This document shows, one piece after another, positions 44,219-60,089 of a DNA stretch of 64,000 bases. The position numbers and the translations under genes were made by a program. Under the pieces are notes generated by a model that worked only from the letters and a program-made list of their open reading frames with translations, had not been told where the DNA came from and ran no database searches. Numbering within the stretch: position 1 is the stretch's first letter; every line of letters begins with the position of its first letter. The stretch comes from the human T2T-CHM13v2.0 reference genome, Homo sapiens: the NCBI RefSeq assembly GCF_009914755.1, contig NC_060936.1. One strand, given 5' to 3'.

Positions 44219-44547
44219 CTTTTTCAAAATTTTGGTTAGTGTGGATAACAAATATTTCTCTGGGCATTATTTCAGCTCCCAATTTATACTTAACATTTTT
44301 ACATAACATCATCTGGCAACATTTTAGAGAATTCACATATATAAACCCATGTAATTATAATCTGGCATCACTTCCTACTTCAAAATGTTCATAAATAGCA
44401 TTGCTGAGGCAGAGGTAGAATCATTTTAAAACAAAACAAAAAAAAGAGCAGTCCAACAGCAAGTGAAAGATCACCACCAAACCTAACTTCATGGACAATA
44501 GCAAGCAAACCTGAAGTGTAGGTTCCAATATTCTATTTAGAAATATC

Positions 44548-44675
44548 AGCTAGAATATAAACCTCATGAGAGAAGGCTTTGTCTGTTTTGTCTGCTGATG
44601 TAGTCCAAGCACTAAGAGCAATATCCAGTATATATTTGGTACTCAATAAGTGTTGAATTCACGAATGAATGAACT
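44548..44675 (+). mobile_element. L2 3' end
   Basis: ctagaatataaacctcatgag...gtactcaataagtgttgaattcacgaatgaatgaa. Confidence 0.75.
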
Positions 44676-44764
44676 AATGTCACCCTGAAATAAGGAACTA
44701 TTTTGAAGTGACAATAGATTAGATAATTGTTTCCAACTCCTTGCTCCCTGTTTGATTTTGGGGT

Positions 44765-45640
<876 letters not shown>

Positions 45641-46984
45641 TGGTAAGGCTGTCAGGCTATTGCTGCCATTTTTATATGAGTGAGCCCTTCGTGATGTCAT
45701 TTTTAGGGCAACTTGATTTTCTGTCTCTGGAAGTACTATTTCATGAGTATATGCAAAATAGTGATACTATAGTATGTGATTTAGGAACTAGTCTCTCATT
45801 TGCATTGGAAGTAGAGATATGATAATCTTCCATCCCATGAAGGCATTTTTAATCCTCACAAAATTCATTGTTGTACCATATCCTAGAACCAATTCAGTGT
45901 AACAGGTATTTCCATGGATTTGAAGATACTGAATATATAATTGTCTCTTTAAATTCTCTTTCAGGGTATGTAGTGAATTTTGAGACATTTACTTTTGATT
46001 TCTGCCAGATGGTAATGTTTCAGAATATCGCACTGAGGAGCTTGTTAGAACAGTAATATTAGTAAATATAAGATCACAACGGCCTCATATGCCAGCTTTG
46101 TCGTGCAGTCTCTTATGGAATTTTCAACATTTTGTCTGCTTCCTTGATTTTCTATCTTCAGCATAAGCTTATTTGAAGATAGAGAAGCTAGCAAGTCACA
46201 GTTATTTTCCTCTGCATGTGATGGGATTTTCTTAATCTAATTTTGTCATGAAATATGATACTGTATGAAGGATTTGTTTCAGTCATTTTCCACAAGAAGT
46301 TTGTATTTCTGACTCATAACTTTGCTCTCTATGCTTTCTCAATCATCATCCTTGGTAATCTTGTGAGATTTTAGACACCTTGGATTTATATTTCCTAAAT
46401 CTTTTCAGAACTACTTCAGGTCTTCAAATAGTCACATCTTGGCCTGGAATAAAGATATAGATGTAGATACAGAGACAGGTACAAGTATAGACAGGTACAG
46501 GTATATAGATGTGTAAATATCTATATACACATCTATTTTTATTTATATAATTTCTATTTATTTCTTTTTTCCTCTTTTAGCCCCATCCCTATCCCCCTTA
46601 ACCTATCTCCCCATCCCCTACTCTCCTTTTATTCTCAAACTTTGTAAAGTTTACACAGGCTATTTTTGGGTTTTTTTCACCACTCCTCAATCTCACAACC
46701 TGGCTCTTATCCACATATCTGTCATGGAAATGGAGACTTATGAGTTCCTAATCACAAATCCAATGACCTTTGTTGTATGGAAGGGAGGCATGAAACATTT
46801 GATGATTTTGGCCACAGACACTGATACGGAGAATGAGGAATCTGGGGCAAACAAGCTTAAGGGACATGAGGTGGAGGAATGGAAACTCAATGTCAAGGCT
46901 TAATGACAAAAGGTGAATCCAAGTCAAATCCTACGGTAATAAAAGAAGCAAGAAATAAATGAAGATAAAGTCTAAGTCGAATAT

Positions 46985-47270
46985 TGTTTCAGCTAGCTAT
47001 TGCTGCATAATATCCAAAAATTTAGTGGCTTAAAACAATAATTTTATTACTTATGACTCTGTGGGTTAGAAATTCCAGCAGGGATCAGTTGAGGTGGTTC
47101 TTCTCCACTCCACATGGTGCTGTCTGAGACCCTCAACTAGGGCTGGAGGGTCCAAGATGGTCTTGCTCATCCATCTGGGGCTTTGGTGCTGGCTGTCAAC
47201 CTGGATCCATTGTTTCCACTCTGCATGGTCTCTCTCTTTACAAAGTCTCTTATTCTCTACAGAGAGCTAT
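46985..47270 (-). mobile_element. Old MLT1 LTR fragment
   Basis: cagctagctattgctgcataa...tttagtggcttaaaacaata...tgactctgtgggtt. Confidence 0.7.
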
Positions 47271-47404
47271 CAGGACTGGATGCAGACTGGAGTTTAAGTC
47301 TAATGGGTAACTAGATGAGGCTTTAGCAGGTAGAGAGAAGGAAAGGAGGTTGGGTATCTTTTGCCTATCGGAGAGACGTGAATTGTTGTGGCCAGAGGAC
47401 ACAT

Positions 47405-48395
47405 TGTAGAAAATTGTCTGTAAAGACGGCCACCAACATGCATGTTGCCTCTCCCATCAAGAGGTAGAACCTATCTTTCTTCCCTTTGAATCTGGGCTCA
47501 CTTGTGACTTGTTTTGGCCAAGAAAATGTAGCAGCAATACTCAGTGCCAGTTTGAGTCTGTCCTTTTAAAGACCTGGCAGCTTCCATTTTCATTGTGTTA
47601 GGATCCAGCCAGCATGGAAGCAAGAGTCATGCTGTTAAATAATGGATTTCCGGGAGACAGAGAGAAAGAGATCCAGCCAGTCCTCAGCCATTCCAGTCAC
47701 ACTTAGCCTAGGTGCCATGTGAGTGAAGCCGTCTTGAATGTCGCAGCCCCAGCTGAGCTCTCAGCTGAATGCAACAGCATGTGTGACCCCAGCTGATACC
47801 ACATGGAAGGGAGATGAGATATACCCAGTGAACCCCACCTAATTCCTAACCCACAGAATTATGAACAATAAAATTGTTGTTTTAAGCAGCTGTTTTTCGA
47901 TACTTTGTGACAAAGAATCAAAGTTAGATCAGTCTCTTCTTGGACTCCGGTGTCCTTCCTTATAGAATGCAATTTTAACAAGAATCCTGCCAAGTCCATT
48001 TAGCCAGAATTCCCCATCCTCAGTATCTGATCACCTTCGATACCTGATCATTTTCCTCCCCCTCCACCAGCACCCAGGTGATGTCTGATCAGCACTGCCT
48101 GCCTTTAGCAAGAATCCTGTTAGGTCAGTTCAGCCAGAATCTTCCCTTACCCCTGATGTTTCCAGTTAGTAATTTTCCACCCACTGAGCCCATCCTGCTT
48201 TTTCTAGATAGAAATGTCCACTTTTTTGTTGTTTGAGGTTGAGCACAATGTCTCTCCCCTACTGCAGGACCCCACTGTGCCATCCCTTCACCTACCAAGA
48301 TGTTCTGAAAAATGTCTGCCTTACTGTGCTTTACCGAGTGTCACGAATAATTTTTTTCTTTGACATTTGTTAGGCAACAACAGATAACTTAAACA
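47405..48395 (+). mobile_element. MLT1 (G/H-like) LTR interrupted by MER31
   Basis: ctcccatcaagaggtaga...ccctttgaatctgggct...aataaaattgttgttttaagc; terminus resumes as ttaggcaacaacagataacttaaaca. Confidence 0.75.
47908..48365 (+). mobile_element. MER31-like ERV1 solo LTR
   Basis: TGACAAAG...CTTTGACA termini; 4-bp TSD tttg (47904-47907 / 48366-48369); internal repeat caagaatcctg...agccagaat. Confidence 0.8.
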
Positions 48396-48687
48396 GATGT
48401 TCTCACTCTAGCCAAATGAACTGGAACTCCTGACAGGGCATCAGTTTGGTGAGAAAATAGAGTGCTAAGCAGAGAAAATGATGCAGAAGTTTACTCACAT
48501 GGGTTTGGAGGGAATTCAAGGAAGGCTGGTAGCAGTCTTAATTTCTTCCACACTGAGGAATTAACTCTCAGCTAGGATGAAGAAGGAAGATGTCTTTCTA
48601 GCAGTTTGAGTCTTTGGTGTGCCCCTGCTTGTGTGCTGTGCTAACTGTGCTGGAATAGTCACTTGTTACACAGTTCTTAGTAAGCAG

Positions 48688-49460
48688 CAGGCAGATTACC
48701 ATGAAGCTAATGAAGCTAACGTTCAGGTCCCCTCATTTCCACAGCCCCTTTCAAAACTTTGGAAGAGGTTTTAGCAATGTGTTCACCTAAACAAATACAT
48801 CCTAAAATTCTGCAAAATGTCATGCTGAGTGGCATGGAAGTTACCACAAGAATTTTGCAGATCCAGTTAAGGGGAAATTAAATTCATCATATATTTAGTT
48901 TCTGTTCTAGAGAATATTTGTGTTTGGCAGTCACTGTCTTGTAGAAGCTATTTTTAGTCATTCAGTGTTGGACTGACCTCCAGGAATGCTCCAACCACTC
49001 ATCATGAAAACTCACCAGCCATTGTAACATGAAGTTGCAGGCCAGAAATAATATCTTGATAGAGGCTTTCCCAAATTTGACAATAATCCTAAAAATGTGT
49101 ATGACACTACTGATGAGTTGTAAAGCAGAGATAAACGTTTCCAAATGATTAATAAAAAACAAACTTCAATCAGCTATGCTAACTATTAAAATCTTTGTGT
49201 TATCTCAATAGTAAACTTTTTGTATGAAAATGCAATCAAAGAACATATAGCCAAAAAAGAAGGAAAAATTATAGAGGTATATTAGGCTCTTAGTTTTCTT
49301 AAGATAGCTTGCTACATTCTGTGTTTTTTTTGTGTGTGTAACTTGTTCTTTCATCACTTTAAATATATCTATTTCCACACTAAATTTTGTTTTCTTTCTC
49401 TTAAGGAGTTCTACAAAATTGTTTAAACTTTAGGCCTATAAAACTTGAATTGACCCCAAT
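48688..49460 (+). mobile_element. Arthur1/MER69-like hAT-Tip100 element with transposase remnant
   Basis: 5' end gattaccatgaagctaatgaagct; 49062-49181 translates EAFPNLTIILKMCMTLLMSCKAEINVSK*LIKNKLQSAML (hAT dimerisation-domain-like). Confidence 0.75.
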
Positions 49461-50263
49461 GACATATATTCATTTCTTTAATCCCAACTAGAAAGATGCT
49501 TTTATTAATGTCTTCATTTTAAAACTGAGAAAACTATGGGAGGGAGATATTAAGATCACAGAGACGGCCAGTGGTGTAACCTGGATTTAAAGCCAGCAGG
49601 TTGGCTTTTGAGCCTGTGTCTTACTCATTCTCCACCCTGCTGCCCTTGAGAATAAATGAAGTCCAGCGCTTTTCCTTAAGGAATGTGCAGTACAATAGTG
49701 GACCCTAAAAATTACAGTATATCAAGATATGTGCCAGATTAGTTATACAAGGTACAGAATTAGAAAGGAGAAATTAAATTTCTAGGATAGTAGGGGAGAT
49801 TTCACAAAGAGATACCTTCTTGGTTACATTAAAGTTTAAATTTGAAATTATATTTAAACTCATGTACCTAAAATCACTGGCTCTGGTCACCAGGCAATGA
49901 TTTCTAGTATTGAACTACTGTATATATTACCTCATCCCAGATTAAGTTGATTGAACAATAGTTTTCAAAAGCACCACAGAGATTCAAAGAATAAACTAAG
50001 GCTTTTGACAATGCTTTAACCCTCCCACCATTCCCACAAACATAACAGGAATGATGATAGAAATGAAGAGACCACAATTCAGAGGTCCATGTGCTTATCC
50101 AGGATGATACAAATCTGATGCAAAATTAATATAGGACTAGGTTTTGTTAATCCTAATGTAGTTTTCCATTCAGTGTTCTATATGTCCTAACCAAAACTTG
50201 GTTTTGTAGATTAAAATGATGTTTTAACAAGTCTCTCTGGTGGTTTTAGAAGTAGAAACCATG

Positions 50264-50567
50264 GGCAGGGCATAGTGGCTCACGCCTATAATCCTAGCAC
50301 TTTGGGAGGCCAAGACTGACTGATCACTTGAGCCCAGGATTTCAAGACCAGCCCAGGAAACATGAAGAAACCCTGTCTCTACAAAAAAAAAAAAATTAGC
50401 CGGGCTTTGTGGCACGTGCCTGTAGTTCCACCTATTCAGGAGGCCGAGGTGAGAGGATCACCAGAGCCCAGGAGGTCAAGGCTGCAGTGAGCCGTGATCA
50501 CACCACTGCACTCCAGCCAGGGTGACAGAGCAAGACTCTGTCTCAAAAAAAAAAAAAAAAAAAAAAA
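50264..50567 (+). mobile_element. AluJ
   Basis: J-type dimer; near-TSD tagaaacc(a/t)tg. Confidence 0.93.
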
Positions 50568-51152
50568 GAGGAGGAAATAGAAACCTTGCTTTATAGGCTA
50601 AGGAATTCACCTTAGAATGAATCTCATGCTACAGAAAACAAATCTAGATGTTTTGCTTTAAAAAGGACAGAAAATAAGCTCCATTTTTCTATTAAAAAAA
50701 GTGACAAGTGAAGAGAGTTAATTTGATAAGTAACAGTATGATGGGAGAATAAATATAAATAGGATTCATTAGAAAAAAATTAAAATTTAATCAACTTTAA
50801 TGGGCTCCTGTATAGTCCAAGCAGCTTAAGGCACTAGATTATTTCCTATGAAAAGATCTGAGAATAGGCAGTTCAACAAGTTGGAAATTTAATTTTTGAA
50901 ACAACATTAAGCAAGGACCAAATATCCATGTTAATCAGTAGCATTTAGTTATAACTGGCTCAGTGATCAGACAATAAATTGCTTTGTAATACTAATTTGT
51001 TCGTGAGAAGATGGCATTAAATTTAAAGTAATTGATGGAAACAAACTGCTAAAAGAAAAATTATGAAAGACTCACAAAAAACAAAGGAGAGAGAGTTCTT
51101 CTCCAAAAGAACATTATTATGGTTTTCTCTCCTGGGGGTTGCCCTTACCTCA

Positions 51153-51508
51153 TGTATTAGTTTGTTCTCACACTGCTAAAAAAGATATACCCAAAACTGA
51201 GTAATTTATAAAGGAAAGACGTTTAATTGACTCACAGTCTCACCTGCCTGGGGAGGCCTCACAATCATGGCAGAAGGCAAAGGAGGAGCAAAAGCACGAC
51301 TCACGTGGCGGCAGGCAAAAGGACGTGTGCGGAGGAACTCCTGTTTATAAAACCACCAGATCTCGCGAGACTTATTCACTACCATGAGAACAGTATAGGG
51401 GAAACCACCCCCGTGATTCAATTATCTCCACCTGGCCCCAACCTTGACACGTGGGGATTATTACAATTCAAGGTGAGATTCAGGTGTGGACACAGCCAAA
51501 CCGTATCA
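51153..51508 (-). mobile_element. THE1 (C/D-like) MaLR solo LTR
   Basis: tgtattag...gaggcctcacaatcatggcagaaggc...cagccaaaccgtatca; 356 bp; TSD cctca/tctca. Confidence 0.9.
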
Positions 51509-52145
51509 TCTCAACTCCACCCAGCCAATCTTACTCATTCTTCAAGTTCCAGTTCCAAAGCTAAGACTAATAATCATTCCCTGATGTCATTCTTCTTTTC
51601 TGTGCTCCTTCAGTACTGTTGTCTTTTGTTCTGTTTAATTTTGTTTGTATTTATCGCCCTCGCAATACTATGTGCCTTTAGTATATAACCGTGTGATACA
51701 GAGCGGAAAGGAATCCTCAATATCCTTTGGTTTAATGTTTTAGTAGCAGGGTCTAGCTGAGTCCAGGCTGTAAAACAGGATTAGGGTAGGATTAAGGTAG
51801 GACTATTTGGCTGGTGGTGCTAGGAACAGAGTGAATTTTTAAAAATTGAACAATTTCAAAATTTTTATTTCTCAGTGATTAGCTTTAAATTTACATTCCT
51901 ATGCACATGGAGTTATGTCAGGAAACTCTTGTTTGTACCACCTCTTTCTGGCAGCCTGCAGGAAATGAAGTAGCATCATGGGCAGCATGTTAATCATTGA
52001 TGATGAATGTGGCCTGGGATGAATTTGATTACAGGATTGCTGTGTACCATGTGACATGAGGGGCTCATAATAGGCTTAAAGATGATAAAAATATTTTTTG
52101 TTCTCTTAAATATCATAGAAATAACTGGAAACATTAATAGAAATA

Positions 52146-52472
52146 CAGTTGGCTCTCCATATCCATAGGTTCCCCATCAGTAGATTCAACCAACCATGGA
52201 TCAAAAATATTTAGGGGGAAAAAACTTCACAAAGTTCCAAAAGGCAAAATTTGAATTTGCCACACACTGAGGACTATGTTGAATCCACATGAATGAGGAG
52301 ATGTGTACGCATTATATAAGTAATCTAGAGATTATTTAAAGTGTACAGGAGGATGTGTGTGGGTTATCTGCAAATACTATACCACTTTATATAAGAGGCT
52401 TGAGCATCTGTGGATTTTGTTATCTGCAGGTGGTGCTAGAGCCAGTCTCTCATGGATATAGAGGGACAGCTA
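52146..52472. mobile_element. MER2/MER2B TcMar-Tigger MITE
   Basis: TIRs cagttggctctccatatccat / atggatatagagggacagcta; TA on both flanks. Confidence 0.85.
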
Positions 52473-52518
52473 TAATTTCTTTATAAATTGGTATTGACCA
52501 CATAAAGAACCTCATTGA

Positions 52519-52815
<297 letters not shown>

Positions 52816-53840
52816 TACTCATTTTTTTTTTTAAGAAATCAATTCTTTTTGAATCATTCTATGTTTCCATGGGTTGCTAGGCAAGGATTTGGTTTTTGCT
52901 TTGGGTGGGAGGGTCAGGGAGGAAGATTAAAGTTCCGGGGTGGCGTAATAGCCAGACGGAGGAGGGAAATGAGATGGCAATCAACTGCCAATAGCTGAAA
53001 GAGCTGTTTTTGAGACTTTGTTGGGGGATAGATGCTGAAAGAACTAGTTTTGTGAATGACTTCATGAGTATCTGAGAGTAAGGAGAGCAAGTTTGGTGTT
53101 GGGTTAACAAATGTCGAGCAGAACTGGTGGAGATCATGCCTGATCCTCACTGTACCATGGGCTCAGTGCAGTTTGGGATACTCTGAGGACTCAAGATCAA
53201 CAATGAATGGCCTTGATGCCATCACTCTCTGGAAGGGCATTGGCAAAAGAAGTGGTACTAAGGTACCTTGGCAATAAGAGATTGTGGGAAACCAGATCAG
53301 ACTTGAAGAGAACATTTGAGATGCCTCCCCACTCCACTACCCAGGGATATCGGAAGTAATAGGCTGCAGGGACTGCAGGGTGAGAAACCTGGGTGGAGCA
53401 AGGGCTGATAAGAGCCATCAGAATTATGTGGCCTTGTTTGTGCTCTCAGGCCAGCAAGAGCATTTGAGTTATGTTCTCATTTAACAGGTAAGCAAACAGT
53501 GGTCAAGACCCCAAATGACCTGCTCAGGATTTCACAGAAAGCTAATGACAGAGCTAGGACCAACTCCTCTCCTGATCTCCTGGCTGGAAGAATGTAGTAT
53601 TAATATGGGGTTGCTGGATCAAATAGAATAATGATCTCCTCTAGTATTGTATATCATATAAATCAATAAGAATAAATGCCAACAAATGTTTTGTTTTTCT
53701 ACTATGAACAACAAGAAGCTATTGTTAAATTTGTTAAATTTGCTTGTTAAATTAACATAAAGCTTTATGTTTAAGAGTCAGAAAATTTTAATTAGGATGC
53801 CTGACTTTAATCATGACGCTGATATTTAAATAAATCAACT

Positions 53841-54130
53841 GGCCAGGCGCAGCAGCTCACACCTGTAATCCCAGCACTTTGGGAGGTCGAGGTGGGTAGA
53901 TCATTTGAGGTCAGGAGTTCAAGATTAGCTTGGCCAACATGGTGAAATCCCATCTCTACTAATACAAAAATTAGCCTAGCGTGGTGGCATGCACCTGTAG
54001 TCCCAGCTACTCAGGAGGCTGAGGCAGGAGAATTGCTTGAACCAGGGAAGTGGAGGTTGCAGTGAGCCGATATGGCAGCACTGTACTCCAGCCTGGGTGA
54101 CAGAGCAAGACTCTGTCTCAAAAAAAAAGA
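53841..54130 (+). mobile_element. AluS
   Basis: Full dimer; TSD aatcaact. Confidence 0.93.
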
Positions 54131-54309
54131 TTAATTAAGTTAAATTAATCAACTAGTATTTATCGACTCTAATGCCTCACCAACACAATATCATCAAGAA
54201 AAAAATAATTTCATTACATTAATTTTTCTAATGATACCTTTTATCGTTTTAAAATAATTTCTAATAAAACTTTTTTAAGAGAATTTTATATTACAACTAT
54301 TGATTTTAA

Positions 54310-54545
54310 TAGCGATAATTTACTGAGTGCTTATTATCCAGGCTCATTGCTAAGTGCTTCAAATGCATTACCGAATTTAATCTTTGCACAACCGCATGAG
54401 GTAGGTAATGTTACTTTTTAAATTCATAGGTAAGAATAAATATTAGAGACTTTAAGTACATGCCTAAGGTCAGTCTCAAATAAGTGACATTGCTCAGTAG
54501 ACTGGGATCCAGAGCCTAGGCTCTTTACCACTATACACTATAGCT
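54310..54545 (-). mobile_element. MIR
   Basis: atttactgagtgcttattatccaggc...gctaagtgctt...tttaatctttgcacaaccgcatgaggtagg. Confidence 0.75.
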
Positions 54546-54561
54546 TTACAGACTGCCCTTG

Positions 54562-54875
54562 GTTTGTTGTTGTTTTGTTTTTTGTTTTGTTTTTTGAGAC
54601 AGAGTATTTCTCTATCACCCAGGCTGGAGTGAGGGTTGCAATCATGGCTCACTGCAGCCTCAATGTCCCAGGCTCAAGCGATCGTCCCTCCTCGGCCTCC
54701 CAAGTAGCTGAGACTACAGGTTCACGCCACTGTGTCCAGCCAATTTTCAAAAGCTTTTTGTAGAGACAGAGTCTCACTATGTTGCCCAGGCTGCTCTCGA
54801 GCTCTTGGGCTCAAGCAATCTTCCCACCTCATCCTTCCAAAGTGCTGAGATTAAAACCATGAGCATCGCACCAGG
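54562..54875 (-). mobile_element. AluJ
   Basis: Antisense J-type dimer; TSD tgccctt. Confidence 0.9.
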
Positions 54876-55685
54876 AGTGCCCTTATTTTAAACAGAAAAA
54901 TATTAAACATTTTTTAAAATGTCAAAGTCATGGTTAAGAATATTTGTTGCTGTTCCAGGCTGTAATTCGATGACTGGGGAGACTGACTGTGTAAATCTCT
55001 ATGAAAGCACATCATATCGCTTAGAGTCTTGTGCCTTTGTGTTCTTCCATCTGAATTTATAATTTTTCCTTATCCTTTATCACTGTCAACCTGTCAGTTA
55101 CTCCTTTCACTTTCCACTGTGCCTCCATCTAATATCTTTCCTCAAATTGCCTTCCAGTTTCCCATCCCTTATTTTTTAAGAGTTGGGAAATCAGTTGAAA
55201 AACTGGATTAGTTACACGTAAGAGAAGAATAAATAGTCTCTGAAAAAGCACCAGTGCACTTTCTTGTAAGTTCAATACAGTGACTTTAGTGCTTGGATTG
55301 AACAGCATCATTTTTAGCTGCTTGAAAATTTTTATTGACAAATTCCTACCATTGGATTGCACTTCAGAAGATTAGGTGATTTTTACCTAAGAAAAGTACT
55401 GTCTTATGGACAGAATGCCCTGTACACAGAAGATGAGCCTGGCTGCTAAACACTATGAGAATTCTAGGTTAGAAAGCTGAACTATACAAATACACACTAT
55501 AGTGTAACTTTAGATTATTTAAATACCTAAAAATAAGGAGAGGTTAAATAAATTATGGCACATCCTCAAAATGGATATCCACATACCCATTTTTGGATAT
55601 CTATAGCATAAAACAATTTACAAAGCATTAGTTATAACATGAGAAACTATTTTTGTTACCAAATGAAGTTTAAAAACAGGATTTT

Positions 55686-56367
<682 letters not shown>

Positions 56368-56572
56368 TTATGGTTTGCAGTTATAAACTTCTAAGATGGC
56401 TTGTTCACCCTGACACCATGGGAGTCAAAGGCAGGTCCACTAGGTCTAAGGCCAAAGAGGTGAGGAAAGCTGTCACAGGGAAAAACATGGAATGAACAGG
56501 AGTAAGTTGTTCCCATAAATCTTCTGTCCTTGAATTAATTTTATTCCCTATCCTATCCCATGCCATTCTCTA

Positions 56573-56878
<306 letters not shown>

Positions 56879-56929
56879 CTAATGCCAACCAATACTACTA
56901 GGAAAAAGGCTGACTGGACAGTTATACTA

Positions 56930-57085
56930 GATGGACCAGGTTGATAATACCTGAACCCACTTGATCAACCTTAACAACACAAAAAGAGAAACAGCTGGCC
57001 ATTATATGCCTCCTGACCTGTTGCAATCAGAAGTACCACCTCTGAAGTGCTCTTGTCAAAAATCAAATCTGAATCTGATCTCCAC
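56930..57085 (+). mobile_element. L1MC-type 3' fragment
   Basis: cctgaacccacttgatcaaccttaaca...cattatatgcctcctga...aatctgaatctgatc. Confidence 0.55.
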
Positions 57086-57129
57086 TTTTGTGAATTTGAA
57101 ACTGTCTGAAAAAAAAAAACTTAAGGATA

Positions 57130-57620
57130 TTGGTCAGTTGATAGTAACTATGAGAGGACTCAAAGCAAACCTGCCAGCAACAATACCCGACCTTTGCAGA
57201 ACTGACAGCAGGAAACAGCTGCCCCCACCACAGAGCCAGGATGCAACACTTCCTACCACTGCCAGTGTCTGCACCAGGAGCTCATTTATACTTCATCCAC
57301 TGCCACAGTCATTTCACATCCATGTCTGCATTAGAAACTTGACCTTGAAACCCCCGGTACTGATCCTGCCAGATGAAAGAAAACTTCTGACCCTGCCTTC
57401 CTGGGGCACTAGTTTCTGAGACTAGGTCTGGGGTCATGTGGTACAGCCTAGGTCACATAGCTGACCCTTCACTGCAAGGAGACTGGGAAAGCAAATATTG
57501 AGTATTTATATGAGCTATAGGTCTTTACCCTTCACCAAGATTCATAAGGAGGAGAATTCCCCAAAGAGGAAAGGGTTCAAGTACTAGGCAGCCAAAATGA
57601 AAGACAAATGTCTACTATAA
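57130..57620 (-). mobile_element. Old MLT1 LTR fragment
   Basis: cctaggtcacatag...ctgcaaggagactgggaaagcaaatatt...aggcagcc. Confidence 0.55.
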
Positions 57621-58214
57621 TTTTCTTTAAAAATTACTTTCAAGATGAAGTACAAATTCCTCACTGTTATGATTCGAACTCCTCCAAAATGTGACCCAAT
57701 CAACTTTTCCAGCTTGATTCCACTGTTCCTCCACTCATATTCTATAATTCAACCAAACTAGATGACTCACAATTGGGCAAAAAAAATCCACTTTCTCTCA
57801 CTATTTGTGCTTATGCTGGCTCATCTTCCAAAACATCAGACCTCTATATGTGGCTCATTCTTGGAAGTCCATCACATTTATTACTTTCTCCACAAAAATT
57901 TTCATGATCCTAACTCTCGGATATGATGTTTTTTCCTGTTATGGCCCCATTTTACTTTGTTTGAACTTTCACCTAATGTTGTTCATTACATTCTGTCTTG
58001 TATGGTAGTTTTTTACATACTTAATTGAGGTCCTCCTCCATTACACTCTAAGCTTCTTAAGAATGTATTAGGTTTTATTATCTTTGTCTCTCTTGTAATG
58101 CTTTCAAGAGAATCTTGAACATAATTACTTTTAATGCTTAGGCATAAGAGATTATTACTATTATCATGGTTTCAAATATAGGATCTTGGTAGAATGGATT
58201 AAGAATTCCCAAAA

Positions 58215-58624
<410 letters not shown>

Positions 58625-60089
58625 TCAAGGATAGACCTGATTCTGCATCCATACCTAATTTCTTTTCCATCTGCTCCATATCCATCCCCATACCTCCTCC
58701 ATCTGGCCCTCTACTGGTGGCAGCCTTGTCTCCAGTACTGTTTCCTTAAACATTATCTCTGCTCTAAAACCCAAGAAGATAGGACAATTCTATAAAAGGA
58801 GTTAAGGAAGGTTTTCTCAAAAGAGATGATATTTTGACAATTTTTAGAGTTCAAGTAGGCATTCCCTAAATGGAGAATTGGCAGACAGAATTTTAAACTG
58901 AGAGACAGAGGACTAAAAGTATATGCCACAATCAAAATGCATATTATTTTTTGTGTAGCTGGATCACAGGCATATAAGGAAATGGAACCAGAGAAAGTAT
59001 TTTGGGATCTGAATATGAAGAGCTGATGTGCTTGCTTGGATTTTATGTTCTAGGCCAGTAGTTCTTATCCTTTTGGAGATTCATGGATACCTTTGAGAAC
59101 CTGAGAAATGTTATGAACCTTCTCCCTAAAAATTACACACATTGCCAGAGATCAAAAATTTCCAAAAAACTTCCAAGAGTTCCAAACATCCTGTGAAGTT
59201 CATTTGTGGACAAGAGTTTACAGATACCTGGAGTAATAACCTAAGTTTTAGGGAAAAGGAGTTATCAAATGCAAAAAAAAATTATTTTTTGTTTAAAATT
59301 CATATTACTTGTTATCTCTGTCTTAGTCATTGATTCATCTACACCTTACCATAAGGACTGCTGATCTTTGGGATCATTTTGTGGCAGGGACTGTTATCTA
59401 ATTAATATTTATTCTTTCTTCTGATTTTATTCAAAATGTGCCCAACTAAAACACTACATTTCGCAGCCTTCTTTGCAGCTAGGATAGGTTTTGTGACCAA
59501 GTTTGGCCAAAGACATGATGCTGCCTCACCAACACCATGAAGGAATGTCTGTTTCTGAACTTCCTTTACATGAAAGAACAAATGTTTCCATGTTTAAGCC
59601 ACTACAGTCAGTTCTCTATTATTATCAGCAGCTGAATGCCAATTCCATCTAGTTCGTGTAGTGGTCAACAAAACACCAGCTACACATGACCCTAACCCTA
59701 TTGTTTGGTAAAGGATGTGGGAGGAAAATTATCTTCTTTTAGAAAACACTGTAAGTGACAGACTTGGGATGGCTGCCCCAGACTAGTTAGTAAAGGTTAG
59801 TTCTCATTCAAGCAAAACAGAGTACAGAAAAAGATTCCCCAAGAATGTAAGAAACTAGTTCCTCATCCACTAAAAACTAATAACTCTGTTTAACTCTCAC
59901 AGTTCTTCAAAAGGATAATGAATATCTCCCTTCATCCACATGAAAAGGAGTGAAGTATGCCTCACAATGTTAACCTGATAACTTCCATTTAAGCCACAGA
60001 TGGCCTGAAGGAAGATTTATTTTCTTCCTGGGGTTGTCCAGAGCATGGGGTTTTACAGCCAGAATGTTTCTGGTTCTACTTTTCACTTC

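Noticed and set aside
51240-51260. THE1-borne PRDM9 hotspot motif
   Set aside because: The position reads CCTCCCCAGGCAG on the minus strand, which does not match CCTCCCTNNCCAC.
51227-51688. 153-aa ORF, the longest in the window
   Set aside because: Lies largely on the antisense strand of a THE1 LTR and has no recognisable domain.
56961-57419. 152-aa ORF
   Set aside because: Spans L1 and MLT1 fragments; no domain recognised.
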